The notes below the pieces were generated by a model, which saw nothing but the letters and a program-made list of their open reading frames with translations, made no database searches and had not been told where the DNA came from. From NCBI GenBank assembly GCA_963716475.1, contig OY970314.1, positions 564,790-628,789 of the forward strand: a DNA stretch of 64,000 nt, read 5' to 3'. Of this stretch, positions 9,682 through 20,285 are shown one piece after another (positions within the stretch are counted from its first letter, which is position 1; every line of letters starts with the position of its first letter). The translations under genes and the position numbers were made by a program. The stretch is from Candidatus Woesebacteria bacterium (GTDB taxonomy: Bacteria > Patescibacteriota > Microgenomatia > UBA8517).

Positions 9682-11246
9682 TTCTTTTTTCTAACAATAA
9701 TTGTAACGATAGCAAAAGCACTTAGCAAAGAAATTATATCGAATATTCCCCTAAACAATGTTTCTCTAAAGACAATCTTCACTTCGTGTTGACCTCCCGG
9801 TACGCTAAACTCTATCTGACCGTATGGTTTAGCAGCAGTAACCTGAACACTTTTGCCGTCAACCCAAGCCTGCCATCCCGGGAAATAGTATTTGTAATAA
9901 TCAAAAGTTGTGTCTTTTGTATAACTTACGTTGAAAATTGCATCCATCCCGGGATTTGGAGAAACTTTGTCGGGGCGTACCTCTGTGGCAACCGGAAGCC
10001 GGAGGTATTCTTCCTGCGTTTTTAAATATTCGGCGGATGCGGTGGGATAAGGAATATACCTATTTATATAATATTCATCGGTTCTACCCAAAAAATCCTG
10101 CGGTTTATAGTCAGTAAAATTAAGTGCAATTGCAGCGATTATTATAATAATACCGATGATTTTCCCAAATTTAATCTTGTCAAATACCAACACTAATATT
10201 GAAGTTGCAAACGTAGTTAAACTTAAAAATCTCCAAGGAAACTGAAAATAAGGCAAAAGAGGTACCAAATTCCAAATAAATGTTGATCTGTAATTCATCA
10301 TAAATACCGAGACACCAATCATCACAAGTGCCCAAGCCGTTACTTTATTTAATTTCTTGAAAAACACTATGGCAAGAATAATCAGGGCGATATTGACCGA
10401 TCCTAAAAAGAAACTCATGCCATCGTAAGGCCCGGGAACACTTGCTCCATAGCCAAAATACGGGGTAATCAGCTGTTTTAGTGTCGGAAAGTGATCAATA
10501 AAATTGAAAACAGTGTCATATTTCATCAATTTACTTTCGACAATTGCGGGCAGCCAAAAATACGAACTTAGCGTTAGACCCAAGGCAAATCCGTAAATCG
10601 ACCGCGCTATACCTTTCCACTGCCAAACGGCAAGGAGTACCAAAAACGGAACAAACATATAAGCCATAATGTTGTGTGACAATATGAGTCCGGCCGTTCC
10701 AATTGCCAGAAGTCCTATCCATTTAATTGATTTACCTTTACCAATTTTTGTAATTGCATAGGCAGCCATCGGTGGAAAAATAAATGCCAAGATTTCACCA
10801 ATAGAACCCCTGACATAAATATCGGTCGCCCGGTACGGTGTATAGATATACAAAACCGCGCCGGCAAGAGCTAGAATTCCCCCTGAGTGCTCTCTTAAAA
10901 ATTTGTACATCAGGTACATTGAAAAAGGCACACTCATAAAAAATACAGCCTTAATACAATCGACAAAGTTTAAACCCAACTTATGAAAAATTTCCCCGAT
11001 ATAGAAAGGCAGCGGAAAAACAAAATTAAAAAGCGGATAACCGAAACCAAAACTCAGATCCGGAACAAATCTCGGGGGAAACATACTCAAGCTTAATGTT
11101 CTATTCATTTCGTAAAGCCAGCCGATGTGTAAATCATCACTGGCACCATAAAAGCCATGAACAAAAAGTGCCCAAACCGCGGGAATGGTCAGCACAAGAG
11201 CTATCAAGAATGAATATTTATTTACGAATTTTTCAACTTTTTCCAT
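9678..11246 (-). CDS. YfhO/'PTPS-related' membrane protein (GT-C glycosyltransferase)
   Basis: 522 aa; SDD, PPRFVPD..FGFGYPLFNF, PYRA..YVRG..GE, LSHN, QFPWRFL, C-terminal YFPGW.A.VDGK. Confidence 0.78.
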   Translation of the reverse strand: MEKVEKFVNKYSFLIALVLTIPAVWALFVHGFYGASDDLHIGWLYEMNRTLSLSMFPPRFVPDLSFGFGYPLFNFVFPLPFYIGEIFHKLGLNFVDCIKAVFFMSVPFSMYLMYKFLREHSGGILALAGAVLYIYTPYRATDIYVRGSIGEILAFIFPPMAAYAITKIGKGKSIKWIGLLAIGTAGLILSHNIMAYMFVPFLVLLAVWQWKGIARSIYGFALGLTLSSYFWLPAIVESKLMKYDTVFNFIDHFPTLKQLITPYFGYGASVPGPYDGMSFFLGSVNIALIILAIVFFKKLNKVTAWALVMIGVSVFMMNYRSTFIWNLVPLLPYFQFPWRFLSLTTFATSILVLVFDKIKFGKIIGIIIIIAAIALNFTDYKPQDFLGRTDEYYINRYIPYPTASAEYLKTQEEYLRLPVATEVRPDKVSPNPGMDAIFNVSYTKDTTFDYYKYYFPGWQAWVDGKSVQVTAAKPYGQIEFSVPGGQHEVKIVFRETLFRGIFDIISLLSAFAIVTIIVRKKK

Positions 11247-12877
11247 AAATAGATTACTAGCAAGAATCCAAAAAGGCTTCCGGCAGACAAAATGTTTGCA
11301 AAAGTTCTTATGGTTGTGTTTTCAAACTCCCCTTTGACATGATACTCTCCTTTTCCCAGATTAATCTCAATCCTTCCCAAAACATTGTTATGAGAGTGAG
11401 AAAATACTTTATCGTTAACAATAACGGTCCAGTTCGGAAAATCGAAAACCGGGACAACTATACTTGAATCCTGTGTAACATTGACATCAAATTCCCATCG
11501 GTCTGACTTATTGACAAAGTTTGTTATAACTCCCGTACCCTGGGCAAAAAACGGAGATGCCGGAGCCGGTTCTCTCGGTTCCAACGCAGTTTTCGGCAAA
11601 TAATCCAAAAGAGCACCGGCCTGCTGATCGATAAAACTTTGCCCTGAAAGTAGCTCCTGATCTGTCAAATTATAATAAAAGTGCTCCGGTCTAAAGTACT
11701 GCCAATTTAAAAGAATCGCCAAAAAAATGATAATAGCTGCAATGATTGGTACCCATTTATCTTTCATTAATGAGACAAAATACGCACCAATCAGACTACC
11801 TGAGAAAATTACGATAGATAAAAACCGCCACGGAAATTGAACATAGGCCAGAATCTTTATAAATTCCCAAATCGGTGCAGATTTGTTATGCGTCATCAAT
11901 AGTGCCAATGCGAACATGGAAAGTAACAATACAAAAAGCGATATATTCTTCCTTTTTTTAGTAATTAATACCCAAATAATGGACACAACTACCAGCCACC
12001 AAAGCGGCCAACCTATTTGATAAGAAAGGGTAATCCGGGATTGAGGTTGAGATCCTGTGTAGTTCCAGGATCTGTCAATAAATAGCTGCGATACTTTGAC
12101 AAACTGAGCCCTGAAGTCTAATTCCGCCCGAGTTAGGGCTTCTGTTTGTACCAAACCCTTTTCGAAAAACGCCGGAAGTGTGAAAAATGCCGCAATTCCA
12201 AAAGCTAACCCAAAACATAACAGAGAAATTTTTAAACCCTTCCATTTTTCTATATACAGCCAATATAATACCCAAACAATAATTAACGGTGTAAAGATTA
12301 GTATCATAATATTGTGCGACACAAAGAATATGAAAGTCGAAATTGTAGCCAAGGCAAAATACTTTTTGTCTCTTATTTTTATCAAACGCAAGTAGAAGAA
12401 AAAGACAAAAGGAATAATAGCAAGCGCAAAACTCTCCCCCACTGCACCCCTAACGTATGAATCTAATGCTCTATACGGAGCAAAAAGAAAAAGAATAGCC
12501 CCCACAAGTCCTGGGGCTTTCCCAAAAAGATCTTTGGCCAAAAAATACATTCCGACTGCTCCAAAAACCAATGGCAAGAAAAACAGAAATTTAGCAGCAC
12601 CAATATAACCCAATACAAAACTGGCAACCGCTCCTACATAGTAGGCAACGGGGCCGTAGAAATTGAAAAGCGGATAACCGTTACCATAGCCCATGTCGGG
12701 AACCCACCTGCAGGGGATTTGTAAATCGGTAAAACATTTCCTCATTTCAAAAATGCGTATTACCTGAAGATTATCTTGATGAGAAAAATATCCCGGAATA
12801 AAAAGCGGCCATATAACCAAGCCGGATAGAGCAAAAATGAATATTAAAGGCCAATTATTTAGAAAGAACTTTTTCAT
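11222..12877 (-). CDS. YfhO/'PTPS-related' membrane protein (GT-C glycosyltransferase)
   Basis: 551 aa; RWVPDMGYGNGYPLFNFY, PYRA..YVRGA.GE, SHN, QFPWRFL, FPNW. Confidence 0.78.
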   Translation of the reverse strand: MKKFFLNNWPLIFIFALSGLVIWPLFIPGYFSHQDNLQVIRIFEMRKCFTDLQIPCRWVPDMGYGNGYPLFNFYGPVAYYVGAVASFVLGYIGAAKFLFFLPLVFGAVGMYFLAKDLFGKAPGLVGAILFLFAPYRALDSYVRGAVGESFALAIIPFVFFFYLRLIKIRDKKYFALATISTFIFFVSHNIMILIFTPLIIVWVLYWLYIEKWKGLKISLLCFGLAFGIAAFFTLPAFFEKGLVQTEALTRAELDFRAQFVKVSQLFIDRSWNYTGSQPQSRITLSYQIGWPLWWLVVVSIIWVLITKKRKNISLFVLLLSMFALALLMTHNKSAPIWEFIKILAYVQFPWRFLSIVIFSGSLIGAYFVSLMKDKWVPIIAAIIIFLAILLNWQYFRPEHFYYNLTDQELLSGQSFIDQQAGALLDYLPKTALEPREPAPASPFFAQGTGVITNFVNKSDRWEFDVNVTQDSSIVVPVFDFPNWTVIVNDKVFSHSHNNVLGRIEINLGKGEYHVKGEFENTTIRTFANILSAGSLFGFLLVIYLWKKLKNS

Positions 12878-14573
12878 TCTGTTTTAACTTTAACGCTAAA
12901 TAAATAATAACTCCAAAGCTTACCAATGTAATAATGTTTCCGATCCTCCTGTCCAATGTGTCGGTTAGTTTTGCTTCTACCATATGTTGACCTACCGATA
13001 AATTAAATGTGATTAGGCCTAAACAATATCTCTCACCGATACAGTCGTTATTTACATGAGGAACGACCTTGCCATCAACCTTGACCTCCATTCCCGGAAA
13101 ATCAAAAAGGGGAAGACGAACTAGAGAATCATTTGAAACCTCAACTACACCAGTTTGAAAATCACTCCCCTTTTTGTATTCCAAAAACTTAACGTTTCCT
13201 TTTAAAACTTCAGGTAAGTCAGGAGCTTTCGAATATGGAGGAAGTGTTGCGTAAATCGGTAAGTAGTCAAAAATGCTGATCGTAAGCTGCTTTTCCCACG
13301 AATCACCGGAAAATTTATCAGCATCAGTAATATTCAGCCACGTCTTGGGAACAAAATAATTAATGGTTAACGCAAAAGAGGCTGATACTAAAATTATTCC
13401 TAATAAATATTTATACTTTCCGGCTAAATAAACCAGAAGCCCGGTAAGTAAACAAAGTAAAAATATTGATACCGCCAAAAACCTCCAAGGAAATTGCATA
13501 TACCATAATATCGGAAGGTGTGCCCAGATAAAACTCGACTTCATATGAATCATAAAGATGCTGGCAAGAGTTACTCCGACTAAACCTAAAATCAAAAGTG
13601 AGATTTTTTTGTATTTTTTGAATCCAATAAGGGCTATAACCGGTGCAATAATTAGACCGGAAATCCACTGGACCATCCCGAGTGACAAATTAAGTTTTTC
13701 ATTTGGAAATCCGGATGAGCCATATCCCCATTCCCTTGAAATAAATAGTTTATACAAACTCACGAAATGCTGACGGTAATCAAAATATCCTGACAAAAGA
13801 CCTTCAGTATGGGTAAACTGCCTCTCCAAAAGAACCGGTAAAACAAAAAAGGCTGAAAGCCCGAATCCTAAAATTCCCCCCCAGACAATTTTCATCAGGT
13901 TCTTCCACTTATTTTGGTAAAGCCAGAATGCTGCCCAAAGGACTGCAACCGGTACAAAAATCATGGTCATTAGTACATGCGTCGTCATGAGGAGGAAAAT
14001 AGAAATGCACATCCATATTAGATACTTTGTTTTACCTGTTTTAATTAATTTATATATCGCCCAAAGGATTAGGGGAAAGAATATTTGTGCCCAAAACTCA
14101 CTCAAAGCACCCCGCACATAAACCTCTACTGCTTTATAGGGAATATAAGTATAGATAAGCGCAGCAACAAGACCTGCCCATTTATCATTCGAAATACTCC
14201 TGACAAGAATATATATAGTTACTGCGGAGAGGATATATCCCAAAATAAAGAGGATTTTTACAGTATCAATATATTGGAAACCAATCCTGTGCAAACCCGC
14301 TCCAAGATAATATGGCAGGGGCGGGTAGAAATTAAACTGCGGATAACCGTACTGATATCCCGCATCCGGCACCCACCTGCAGGGAATTTGAAGATCGGTG
14401 TAACATTTATCCATTTCATAAACCCTGAAGGCCTGCAAATCATCCTGCATCGGGAAAAAACCGGATTTAAAAAGCTTTGAATAAGTCGGGATTGTCAATA
14501 TGACCAAAGCAAAAATAGGTATTAGCCGCCTCCACCAATTGCCGGATTTAGATATTATTTTAAGCATATCCAT
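12855..14573 (-). CDS. YfhO/'PTPS-related' membrane protein (GT-C glycosyltransferase)
   Basis: 572 aa; QDD, RWVPDAGYQYGYPQFNFYPP, YVRGALSE, QFPWRFL, FPG..V.VDGK. Confidence 0.78.
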   Translation of the reverse strand: MDMLKIISKSGNWWRRLIPIFALVILTIPTYSKLFKSGFFPMQDDLQAFRVYEMDKCYTDLQIPCRWVPDAGYQYGYPQFNFYPPLPYYLGAGLHRIGFQYIDTVKILFILGYILSAVTIYILVRSISNDKWAGLVAALIYTYIPYKAVEVYVRGALSEFWAQIFFPLILWAIYKLIKTGKTKYLIWMCISIFLLMTTHVLMTMIFVPVAVLWAAFWLYQNKWKNLMKIVWGGILGFGLSAFFVLPVLLERQFTHTEGLLSGYFDYRQHFVSLYKLFISREWGYGSSGFPNEKLNLSLGMVQWISGLIIAPVIALIGFKKYKKISLLILGLVGVTLASIFMIHMKSSFIWAHLPILWYMQFPWRFLAVSIFLLCLLTGLLVYLAGKYKYLLGIILVSASFALTINYFVPKTWLNITDADKFSGDSWEKQLTISIFDYLPIYATLPPYSKAPDLPEVLKGNVKFLEYKKGSDFQTGVVEVSNDSLVRLPLFDFPGMEVKVDGKVVPHVNNDCIGERYCLGLITFNLSVGQHMVEAKLTDTLDRRIGNIITLVSFGVIIYLALKLKQNEKVLSK

Positions 14574-14576
14574 TTT

Positions 14577-15473
14577 TTAAAATCTGGAAAATATTGCCTC
14601 ATCAGAAATCTTAGCTTCTTTCATCTCTTTACTTCTTTCCCTGATAATAACGTCAACCCTTCCTAGGGCCATTAAAACTACCCTTATATATCCGGGGTGT
14701 TTAGCTAATCTTTTAACCAGACCGACCACGTGCTTTCTGAAAAGATTCGTACTTGTAAGGTCTTTCCAGATAAAAAGAAGCTGATTCCGTTCCAATATTC
14801 TCTGAACATATTTCTTGGGAAAACCGCTTATAGTAGCTTCATGCATGTGCGCAACTTTTGCATCGGGGTCCCAAATAAGTTTATACCCTCTTTTAAGAGC
14901 GCGATAACATAAATCAACATCTTCCCAATAAAAAGGCGATAAAAGTTTTTCATCCATTCCGGTTAGTTCCATCCAAATACTTCTTCTAAAAACCCCACTA
15001 CCCCCACTGACCCAAAAAGTATCATGCGGGGTTGGTGTTTTTGGACCGGTAGAATGCCCAACGAATCCGTCAATAAAGAATCCTCGTGCCCATCCGAGAT
15101 CTCCAATTTCATTTAAGGAAACTGCAAAAACCTTTGGTTCTTGGAAATGTGAAAAAACAGATTCCAAAAAATTGTTTTCCGGCATCACATCAGAATTAAG
15201 AAGACATATCAAATCCCCTTTTGCAGCTCTGACTCCCGTATTTACAGTCGCTGAAAAACCTCTATTTATTTTATGTTTGACTAGCTTTATTTCGGGGAAC
15301 TTTGAAGTAATCATCTTCACACTGTTGTCCCGTGATCCGTCATCTACAACAATAATTTCTTCCATGCAGTTTCCCGGATTACCTTTTGCCAGAAAAAGTG
15401 ACGGCAAATTTTTTTCCAATAATTTTTCGCCATTGAAGTTTGGGATAATCACCGAAACTGTAAAATTATTCAT
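14577..15473 (-). CDS. GT2 glycosyltransferase (WbbL/rhamnosyltransferase-like)
   Basis: VSVIIPNFNG, VVDDGS, NRGFS..VN.G, LLNSD, GMDE...YWEDVDLCYRA. Confidence 0.88.
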   Translation of the reverse strand: MNNFTVSVIIPNFNGEKLLEKNLPSLFLAKGNPGNCMEEIIVVDDGSRDNSVKMITSKFPEIKLVKHKINRGFSATVNTGVRAAKGDLICLLNSDVMPENNFLESVFSHFQEPKVFAVSLNEIGDLGWARGFFIDGFVGHSTGPKTPTPHDTFWVSGGSGVFRRSIWMELTGMDEKLLSPFYWEDVDLCYRALKRGYKLIWDPDAKVAHMHEATISGFPKKYVQRILERNQLLFIWKDLTSTNLFRKHVVGLVKRLAKHPGYIRVVLMALGRVDVIIRERSKEMKEAKISDEAIFSRF

Positions 15474-16123
15474 TTTCTGACTTTAATTAAATACAGCATT
15501 CCAAGAAGAAACTTCTTATTGATAACTATTTTAAAACCGGTTTTTTTTGAAATCTCAGCCAAATAGTTCCCTCTATAAGTTTGAATATGAGTATCTCTCC
15601 AAACCTTACCTCTCGGATAAAACCTGAGCCACAAAAACCAAACTATCCGGAAAAGCAAACTGTCAGAAGGAACCAAAAAAACAGCATATCCATTTCTATT
15701 CAGAACTCTTTTTACTTCATTCAACACTTTAATGGGATCAAAAACATGCTCCAAAACCTCTAAGGCAAATACTGCATCAAAGCTCTCCGAATTAAACGGA
15801 AGCTTGTGGGCATCCGCAACCATAAATTTCATTTTTCCCGTTTTTCCCCAATGGCTTTCTGCCCAATCCACGGTTTTTTTGACCACGTCTATGCCCACCA
15901 GCTGATCTGCGCCGGAAGCGTCAAGAACAACCTTTGAAAAGGTCCCGTCATTACAGCCTATGTCCAAAATCTTACCTTCTACAGGTTCTGCCACGGCAGA
16001 TACTTCTTCAAATCTTCTTTTGTGCCAAAACCTTTGCAATATATCCACCTTTATCGACTCAAAATACCAATCTTCCGGAACATTTCCGTGAAGCTTTTCT
16101 GCAGTGATCTTGCCATTTTTCAT
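15470..16123 (-). CDS. class I SAM-dependent methyltransferase (type 11)
   Basis: ILDIGCNDG, DAHKLPF..ESFDAV...EVLEH. Confidence 0.88.
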   Translation of the reverse strand: MKNGKITAEKLHGNVPEDWYFESIKVDILQRFWHKRRFEEVSAVAEPVEGKILDIGCNDGTFSKVVLDASGADQLVGIDVVKKTVDWAESHWGKTGKMKFMVADAHKLPFNSESFDAVFALEVLEHVFDPIKVLNEVKRVLNRNGYAVFLVPSDSLLFRIVWFLWLRFYPRGKVWRDTHIQTYRGNYLAEISKKTGFKIVINKKFLLGMLYLIKVRK

Positions 16124-17154
16124 TTTCGGAGTATATAAAAAACAATATTATTTTCGAATGCTACTTCAGAGTACTTTTCAGCCGATTTTTTAGCGTTAAG
16201 TGCAATTTTATATAGCAATTTAGAATTAGTAACTAAACTCAGTGTCTTTTTAATCAAATTCATCGGTGTATTCCACATCAAACCGTTTTCTCCCTCGGCT
16301 ATTATTTCCTTATGCCCCCCTGCCCCATAAACAATAGGGACTGCTCCGCCCGCCATTGCTTCAACAACCGTTATTCCAAAATGCTCAACTTTTTCTGGAT
16401 TTTTCTCTTCATTTTCCCCAAAACCGGATGCGCTCCAGAAAATTTTGGCTGTTCCGTATAAATCTCTAAGCATTTTGTAACCCGGGCTTTCAATAATTTC
16501 TACAGGATAACCCCTCGCTAGGCTCTTTAACCTTTCGATAAAATTACCAACTCCGATTTCAACTCCCCCAGCCAAAATTAATTTCCAGTCCTTGAGTCCG
16601 CCATCATACATTTTTTTAAAAGTCTTAACTAAAATATCCTGACCCTTGTTTTGCAAAATTTGAGAAAATCTCCCGACAAACAGAATCAAATTTTCCTTTC
16701 TTTTGGATTTAATGCCTAATGTATCAACGGGAGGATAAATTACCAGACTTTCAACACCGTATTCTTTATCTATGATTTTTTTTGTAAAAACAGAGTTACA
16801 AACAATTTTATTTATCCTGAAGAGCTTCATTTTATTTAACAGACTTTTACCGCCAACTCCATGAAAAGGTACCTGGAAATGGAGAACATTCTTTCTCGCC
16901 CTGAGAAGAGGGATACTCCCGTCCGAAACCCAAAAACAAAGATCGTAGCCATCACCTCTTTTAACGTCTTTTACAATATTTACTCCGTCTAAACCAATAC
17001 CAAACCGGGTTCTCAGACTGTCTCTTATCCCGGTATCTTTCCACTGCATATCAACCGCATATCCATTCTTTACAAGAACTTCTGCAAAAACGGCGGTATA
17101 CCTTTCTCCTCCTCCCAAAGTATCTAAGTATGGATTATAAATTGCTGCGCGCAT
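16120..17154 (-). CDS. GT4 glycosyltransferase
   Basis: GGGERY, NSVFT, IYPPVD, FVGRF..K.Q, EHFGITVVEAMA.G. Confidence 0.9.
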   Translation of the reverse strand: MRAAIYNPYLDTLGGGERYTAVFAEVLVKNGYAVDMQWKDTGIRDSLRTRFGIGLDGVNIVKDVKRGDGYDLCFWVSDGSIPLLRARKNVLHFQVPFHGVGGKSLLNKMKLFRINKIVCNSVFTKKIIDKEYGVESLVIYPPVDTLGIKSKRKENLILFVGRFSQILQNKGQDILVKTFKKMYDGGLKDWKLILAGGVEIGVGNFIERLKSLARGYPVEIIESPGYKMLRDLYGTAKIFWSASGFGENEEKNPEKVEHFGITVVEAMAGGAVPIVYGAGGHKEIIAEGENGLMWNTPMNLIKKTLSLVTNSKLLYKIALNAKKSAEKYSEVAFENNIVFYILRK

Positions 17155-17158
17155 GTTC

Positions 17159-17884
17159 TTAGACGAGGTCGAAGCCTCGCTTTTTTTGTAGCTCCCAAAG
17201 CTTAGAATAAGTGATTAGCCTGCTAAAAGTTTGATAAATTATTTCTATTACTCCGACAGTTCCATCCAGAAAACCGAGTTTCATAACCCCTCTGTACCAC
17301 GCCTCCCTAAACCCAGCCGTAAAGAATCTGAAAATATTCATTTTCGGGTGTCCCGAAGCATACAATAATTTTGCTTCTATCTCAGACCAGTTGTTTGTCT
17401 TTTCCACCATATCGGACAAATTCCTATGACTTACATGAATTAAGGGTTCTTTCAAATGGCAGATTGTACCGGAAATTTCCGGTTGTTCGTGAAGCTCTCC
17501 TGTCCAACCTTTCAATTTATCCTTTTTAATCAGTCTAACGACAAAGTCCGGCCGCCATCCTCCCCAATGCATTTCATGACCCAGAAATATGTTTTTCCTC
17601 GGAATCGCGTACGCTGCAAATTCATTCGAGGGGATAACCTGAAGAATCATAGCCTTAAGTTTTGTGGTAACTTCTTCGTCACCGTCAATATATAAAAGCC
17701 ATTCGCCTTTTGCCATCTTTGCGCCAAGATTTCGCCAGTCAGCAAAACTTCCTTTTAAGTCTCTTGTCTCTACCTTTACGATTTCGCTAGCCCAGGAAAC
17801 AGAGTCTAAACACTTTTGTAACAGGGTTTTGTCATATTTCCCACCTATTAAAATTATTACTGAAACTCCAGGTAAGAGCGTCAT
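17159..17884 (-). CDS. GT2 glycosyltransferase (KdtX/WaaE-like)
   Basis: FADWRN, WLLYIDGDE, PRKN..LG, W.PD...RL, LHE, GFLDG..G. Start moved to ATG 17884, just after the upstream stop; the track's 17917 start overlaps the upstream gene. Confidence 0.85.
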   Translation of the reverse strand: MTLLPGVSVIILIGGKYDKTLLQKCLDSVSWASEIVKVETRDLKGSFADWRNLGAKMAKGEWLLYIDGDEEVTTKLKAMILQVIPSNEFAAYAIPRKNIFLGHEMHWGGWRPDFVVRLIKKDKLKGWTGELHEQPEISGTICHLKEPLIHVSHRNLSDMVEKTNNWSEIEAKLLYASGHPKMNIFRFFTAGFREAWYRGVMKLGFLDGTVGVIEIIYQTFSRLITYSKLWELQKKRGFDLV

Positions 17885-17885
17885 A

Positions 17886-18782
17886 TCAAATCTTAAGTTT
17901 CCTCCGGATCCTGTCACCCAAGTTTCCGCTTTCCTTAAAAAGAGCGTCAGATTCCCAGTAGTGGATGTCCTTCTCTTCGTCTCTGATGATAGAAATAACT
18001 TCGCCCAATTTCGGATTCTGCGCGGTAAATTTTTCTTTCTGCCAAACTTTAAGATAAACCGTGAGTTCCGAAAAGGCCTGAAGAAGCGACAATGCTAAAC
18101 CATGCAGTCCGTCCTTATAACCCTCTCCAAAGAAATAGCGGCTTAAAAATTCGTTTGAAGGTCCTATTATCAAATCCTTCCAGGAAAATCTATATCCCTC
18201 TTTAACTTTCAATGCTGCGTGCTCGGTAGAATATCTGCCCATCCGTGTAAGATAGTCGTCAATCGAATCGTAGTTGTGATGAATTATGGCAAATTCCTCC
18301 TTAGCTTCAACTTCTCCACCGGTTCCTTGCGTCATCGGGACCGCATGGATCACTTCGTTCCAGGAGACTGAGCCCTTTTTGAACAGACGGATGTTGTAAT
18401 CCGGCCACCACCGCGAATGTCTCATCCAATATCCAAAAATTATATTTTTTCGCGGGATTCTAAAATAGTCAGCTTTTGGACTTTTTAGAATCCTTTTAAT
18501 CTCTGCTGCAAGCCTATCGGGAACTTCCTCGTCAGCATCCAAAACCATCACCCAGGGATTATTGGCTTTTGAAATAGCAAAATTTCTGGCCGGTTCTACA
18601 TATCCGGTTTTTTCATGAGTAAAAACTTTTGCACCCAAAGATTTTGCGATTTCAACCGTGCGGTCCCCGGACTCCATATCGCAAACAACAACTTCATCAG
18701 CAAAACCTTTGACAGAGGCAAGAGCGCGAGGCAGGCTCTTTTCCTCGTTTAAGGTATTAATAACTACGGTAAGCTTAGGCAC
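17886..18782 (-). CDS. GT2 glycosyltransferase (KdtX/WaaE-like)
   Basis: TLNEE, DMESGDRT, EPARN, LDADE, WWPDY.IRLF, GYKDG.HG; TGgTACAAT 5 nt upstream of GTG. Confidence 0.88.
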   Translation of the reverse strand: MPKLTVVINTLNEEKSLPRALASVKGFADEVVVCDMESGDRTVEIAKSLGAKVFTHEKTGYVEPARNFAISKANNPWVMVLDADEEVPDRLAAEIKRILKSPKADYFRIPRKNIIFGYWMRHSRWWPDYNIRLFKKGSVSWNEVIHAVPMTQGTGGEVEAKEEFAIIHHNYDSIDDYLTRMGRYSTEHAALKVKEGYRFSWKDLIIGPSNEFLSRYFFGEGYKDGLHGLALSLLQAFSELTVYLKVWQKEKFTAQNPKLGEVISIIRDEEKDIHYWESDALFKESGNLGDRIRRKLKI

Positions 18783-18797
18783 ACCCTATTGTACCAT

Positions 18798-20285
18798 TTA
18801 GGGAGTCCTATTTAGAAGTGTATTTAGGCTCCTTTTAATATCGGCCACCAGGGATAACCCCATCATGGACAGCATCGAAGCAGCATAAATAATTATTCCC
18901 GCGGCGGCAAGAATCATCATTGAGTTTAAACTAACGGGCAAGAACCTCTTCGCAATAATTAGAATTACACCCATAACAAGGGCCCCGATTGCCGGCTTTA
19001 CCATCGAGTCGGTAAGAGAAAAGTTAACATATTTTTTGGCAATAAATATTGCTACTACAGATGAAGCCCCGACTAATGAATAACCGATCGAGGCACCGAT
19101 TACACTAAACTTAAGTGCCAAAACCGGAATAAAAGCCCATGTCAGCACTGTCCACATAATCATCAGATAAAAAGTAATTCTAATTTTACCGATAGCATTC
19201 AACAAGTTTGTTAGTTGAGTAGTTGCAGCAGCAAAAGTAAAGTTTATCGAAACAAAAATAATTGGAATTAGAGCCGGGATCCATTGGTTGTATCTTGGTA
19301 TAATACGAACAAGGATGGGGGCCAAAACCGAAATACCAACCAAGCTTGGAAATACTAGAAGACAGATAAAAAATATTGATCTTGTCACGCTTCTTTCAAG
19401 ATGATCCGGGGCGTCCTGCATTCTGGAAAATGCCGGAAAAGTCACGCGTGTAACCGTATCCATGAAAAAGGTAAGCGGAAATCTGGCTATCTTTTGAGCA
19501 AAGGAAAGTACCCCTACCCCAATTGGCCCTAAAATACCTCCCAAGACGAGAGTCATCCCGTCATCCTTAAAAGTTGCCAGGAAAGTGTTTATTTGGTAGG
19601 GAATCCCGAATTTGAAAAGCCCTGACAGTGTTTTCCTGGAAAAAGCAAGGCCTGGCTTCCAGGGTTGAAGAATATAAATTGTGATAAGTCCTACTACTCC
19701 GCGGGTAAGTACCGCAAATGTAAAACTTTTTAGTCCGAATCCCTTCATAGCAAAAACAACCAGGACAACGTTATAAACCACCTGTTCCAGAATTTGAGGA
19801 AAAGCCAGCTTTACAAATTCGAGTTTCCGTTCCAAAAGCACCGAAGGTATACTTTTTAAAGAGGAGAAAAGCAGCGATGCCGCAAGAGCATACAAAAGTA
19901 TTTGACCATTATGATCAAGAGAATATTTTTGAGAAAAAAACGGAGTCAAGACAACAACAACGGCAATAATGGAAAGCACCAAGACCTGTTGAACGACAAA
20001 GGTTGTTTTTAAGTCCGTTTCTGTGGGTATTTCCTTCTTTTGAATCAGTGCTGCAGCCAAGCCAATATCCGAAAAATAAACAAGAAAATTTATAATTGCA
20101 CTGACAATTGCAAAAACCCCGAATTCATACTTACCCAAGTATGCAAATAAGAAAAGTTGGGCAACAAGTGCAATTACCTGCAGAAGAAAAGTGCGTCCGG
20201 TTAAAATGACAACCCCTCGTACCGAGCGTGCTTTTACGGTTTCCAAAGAAATTTCGCCGGTTGGGTCCATGTGTTCACCTTCCAT
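18798..20285 (-). CDS. wzx: Wzx-type oligosaccharide flippase (MOP superfamily)
   Basis: 495 aa, about 14 TM; EFGVFA, FSDIGLAAALIQK, LERKLEF, FPAFSRMQD. Confidence 0.85.
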   Translation of the reverse strand: MEGEHMDPTGEISLETVKARSVRGVVILTGRTFLLQVIALVAQLFLFAYLGKYEFGVFAIVSAIINFLVYFSDIGLAAALIQKKEIPTETDLKTTFVVQQVLVLSIIAVVVVLTPFFSQKYSLDHNGQILLYALAASLLFSSLKSIPSVLLERKLEFVKLAFPQILEQVVYNVVLVVFAMKGFGLKSFTFAVLTRGVVGLITIYILQPWKPGLAFSRKTLSGLFKFGIPYQINTFLATFKDDGMTLVLGGILGPIGVGVLSFAQKIARFPLTFFMDTVTRVTFPAFSRMQDAPDHLERSVTRSIFFICLLVFPSLVGISVLAPILVRIIPRYNQWIPALIPIIFVSINFTFAAATTQLTNLLNAIGKIRITFYLMIMWTVLTWAFIPVLALKFSVIGASIGYSLVGASSVVAIFIAKKYVNFSLTDSMVKPAIGALVMGVILIIAKRFLPVSLNSMMILAAAGIIIYAASMLSMMGLSLVADIKRSLNTLLNRTP

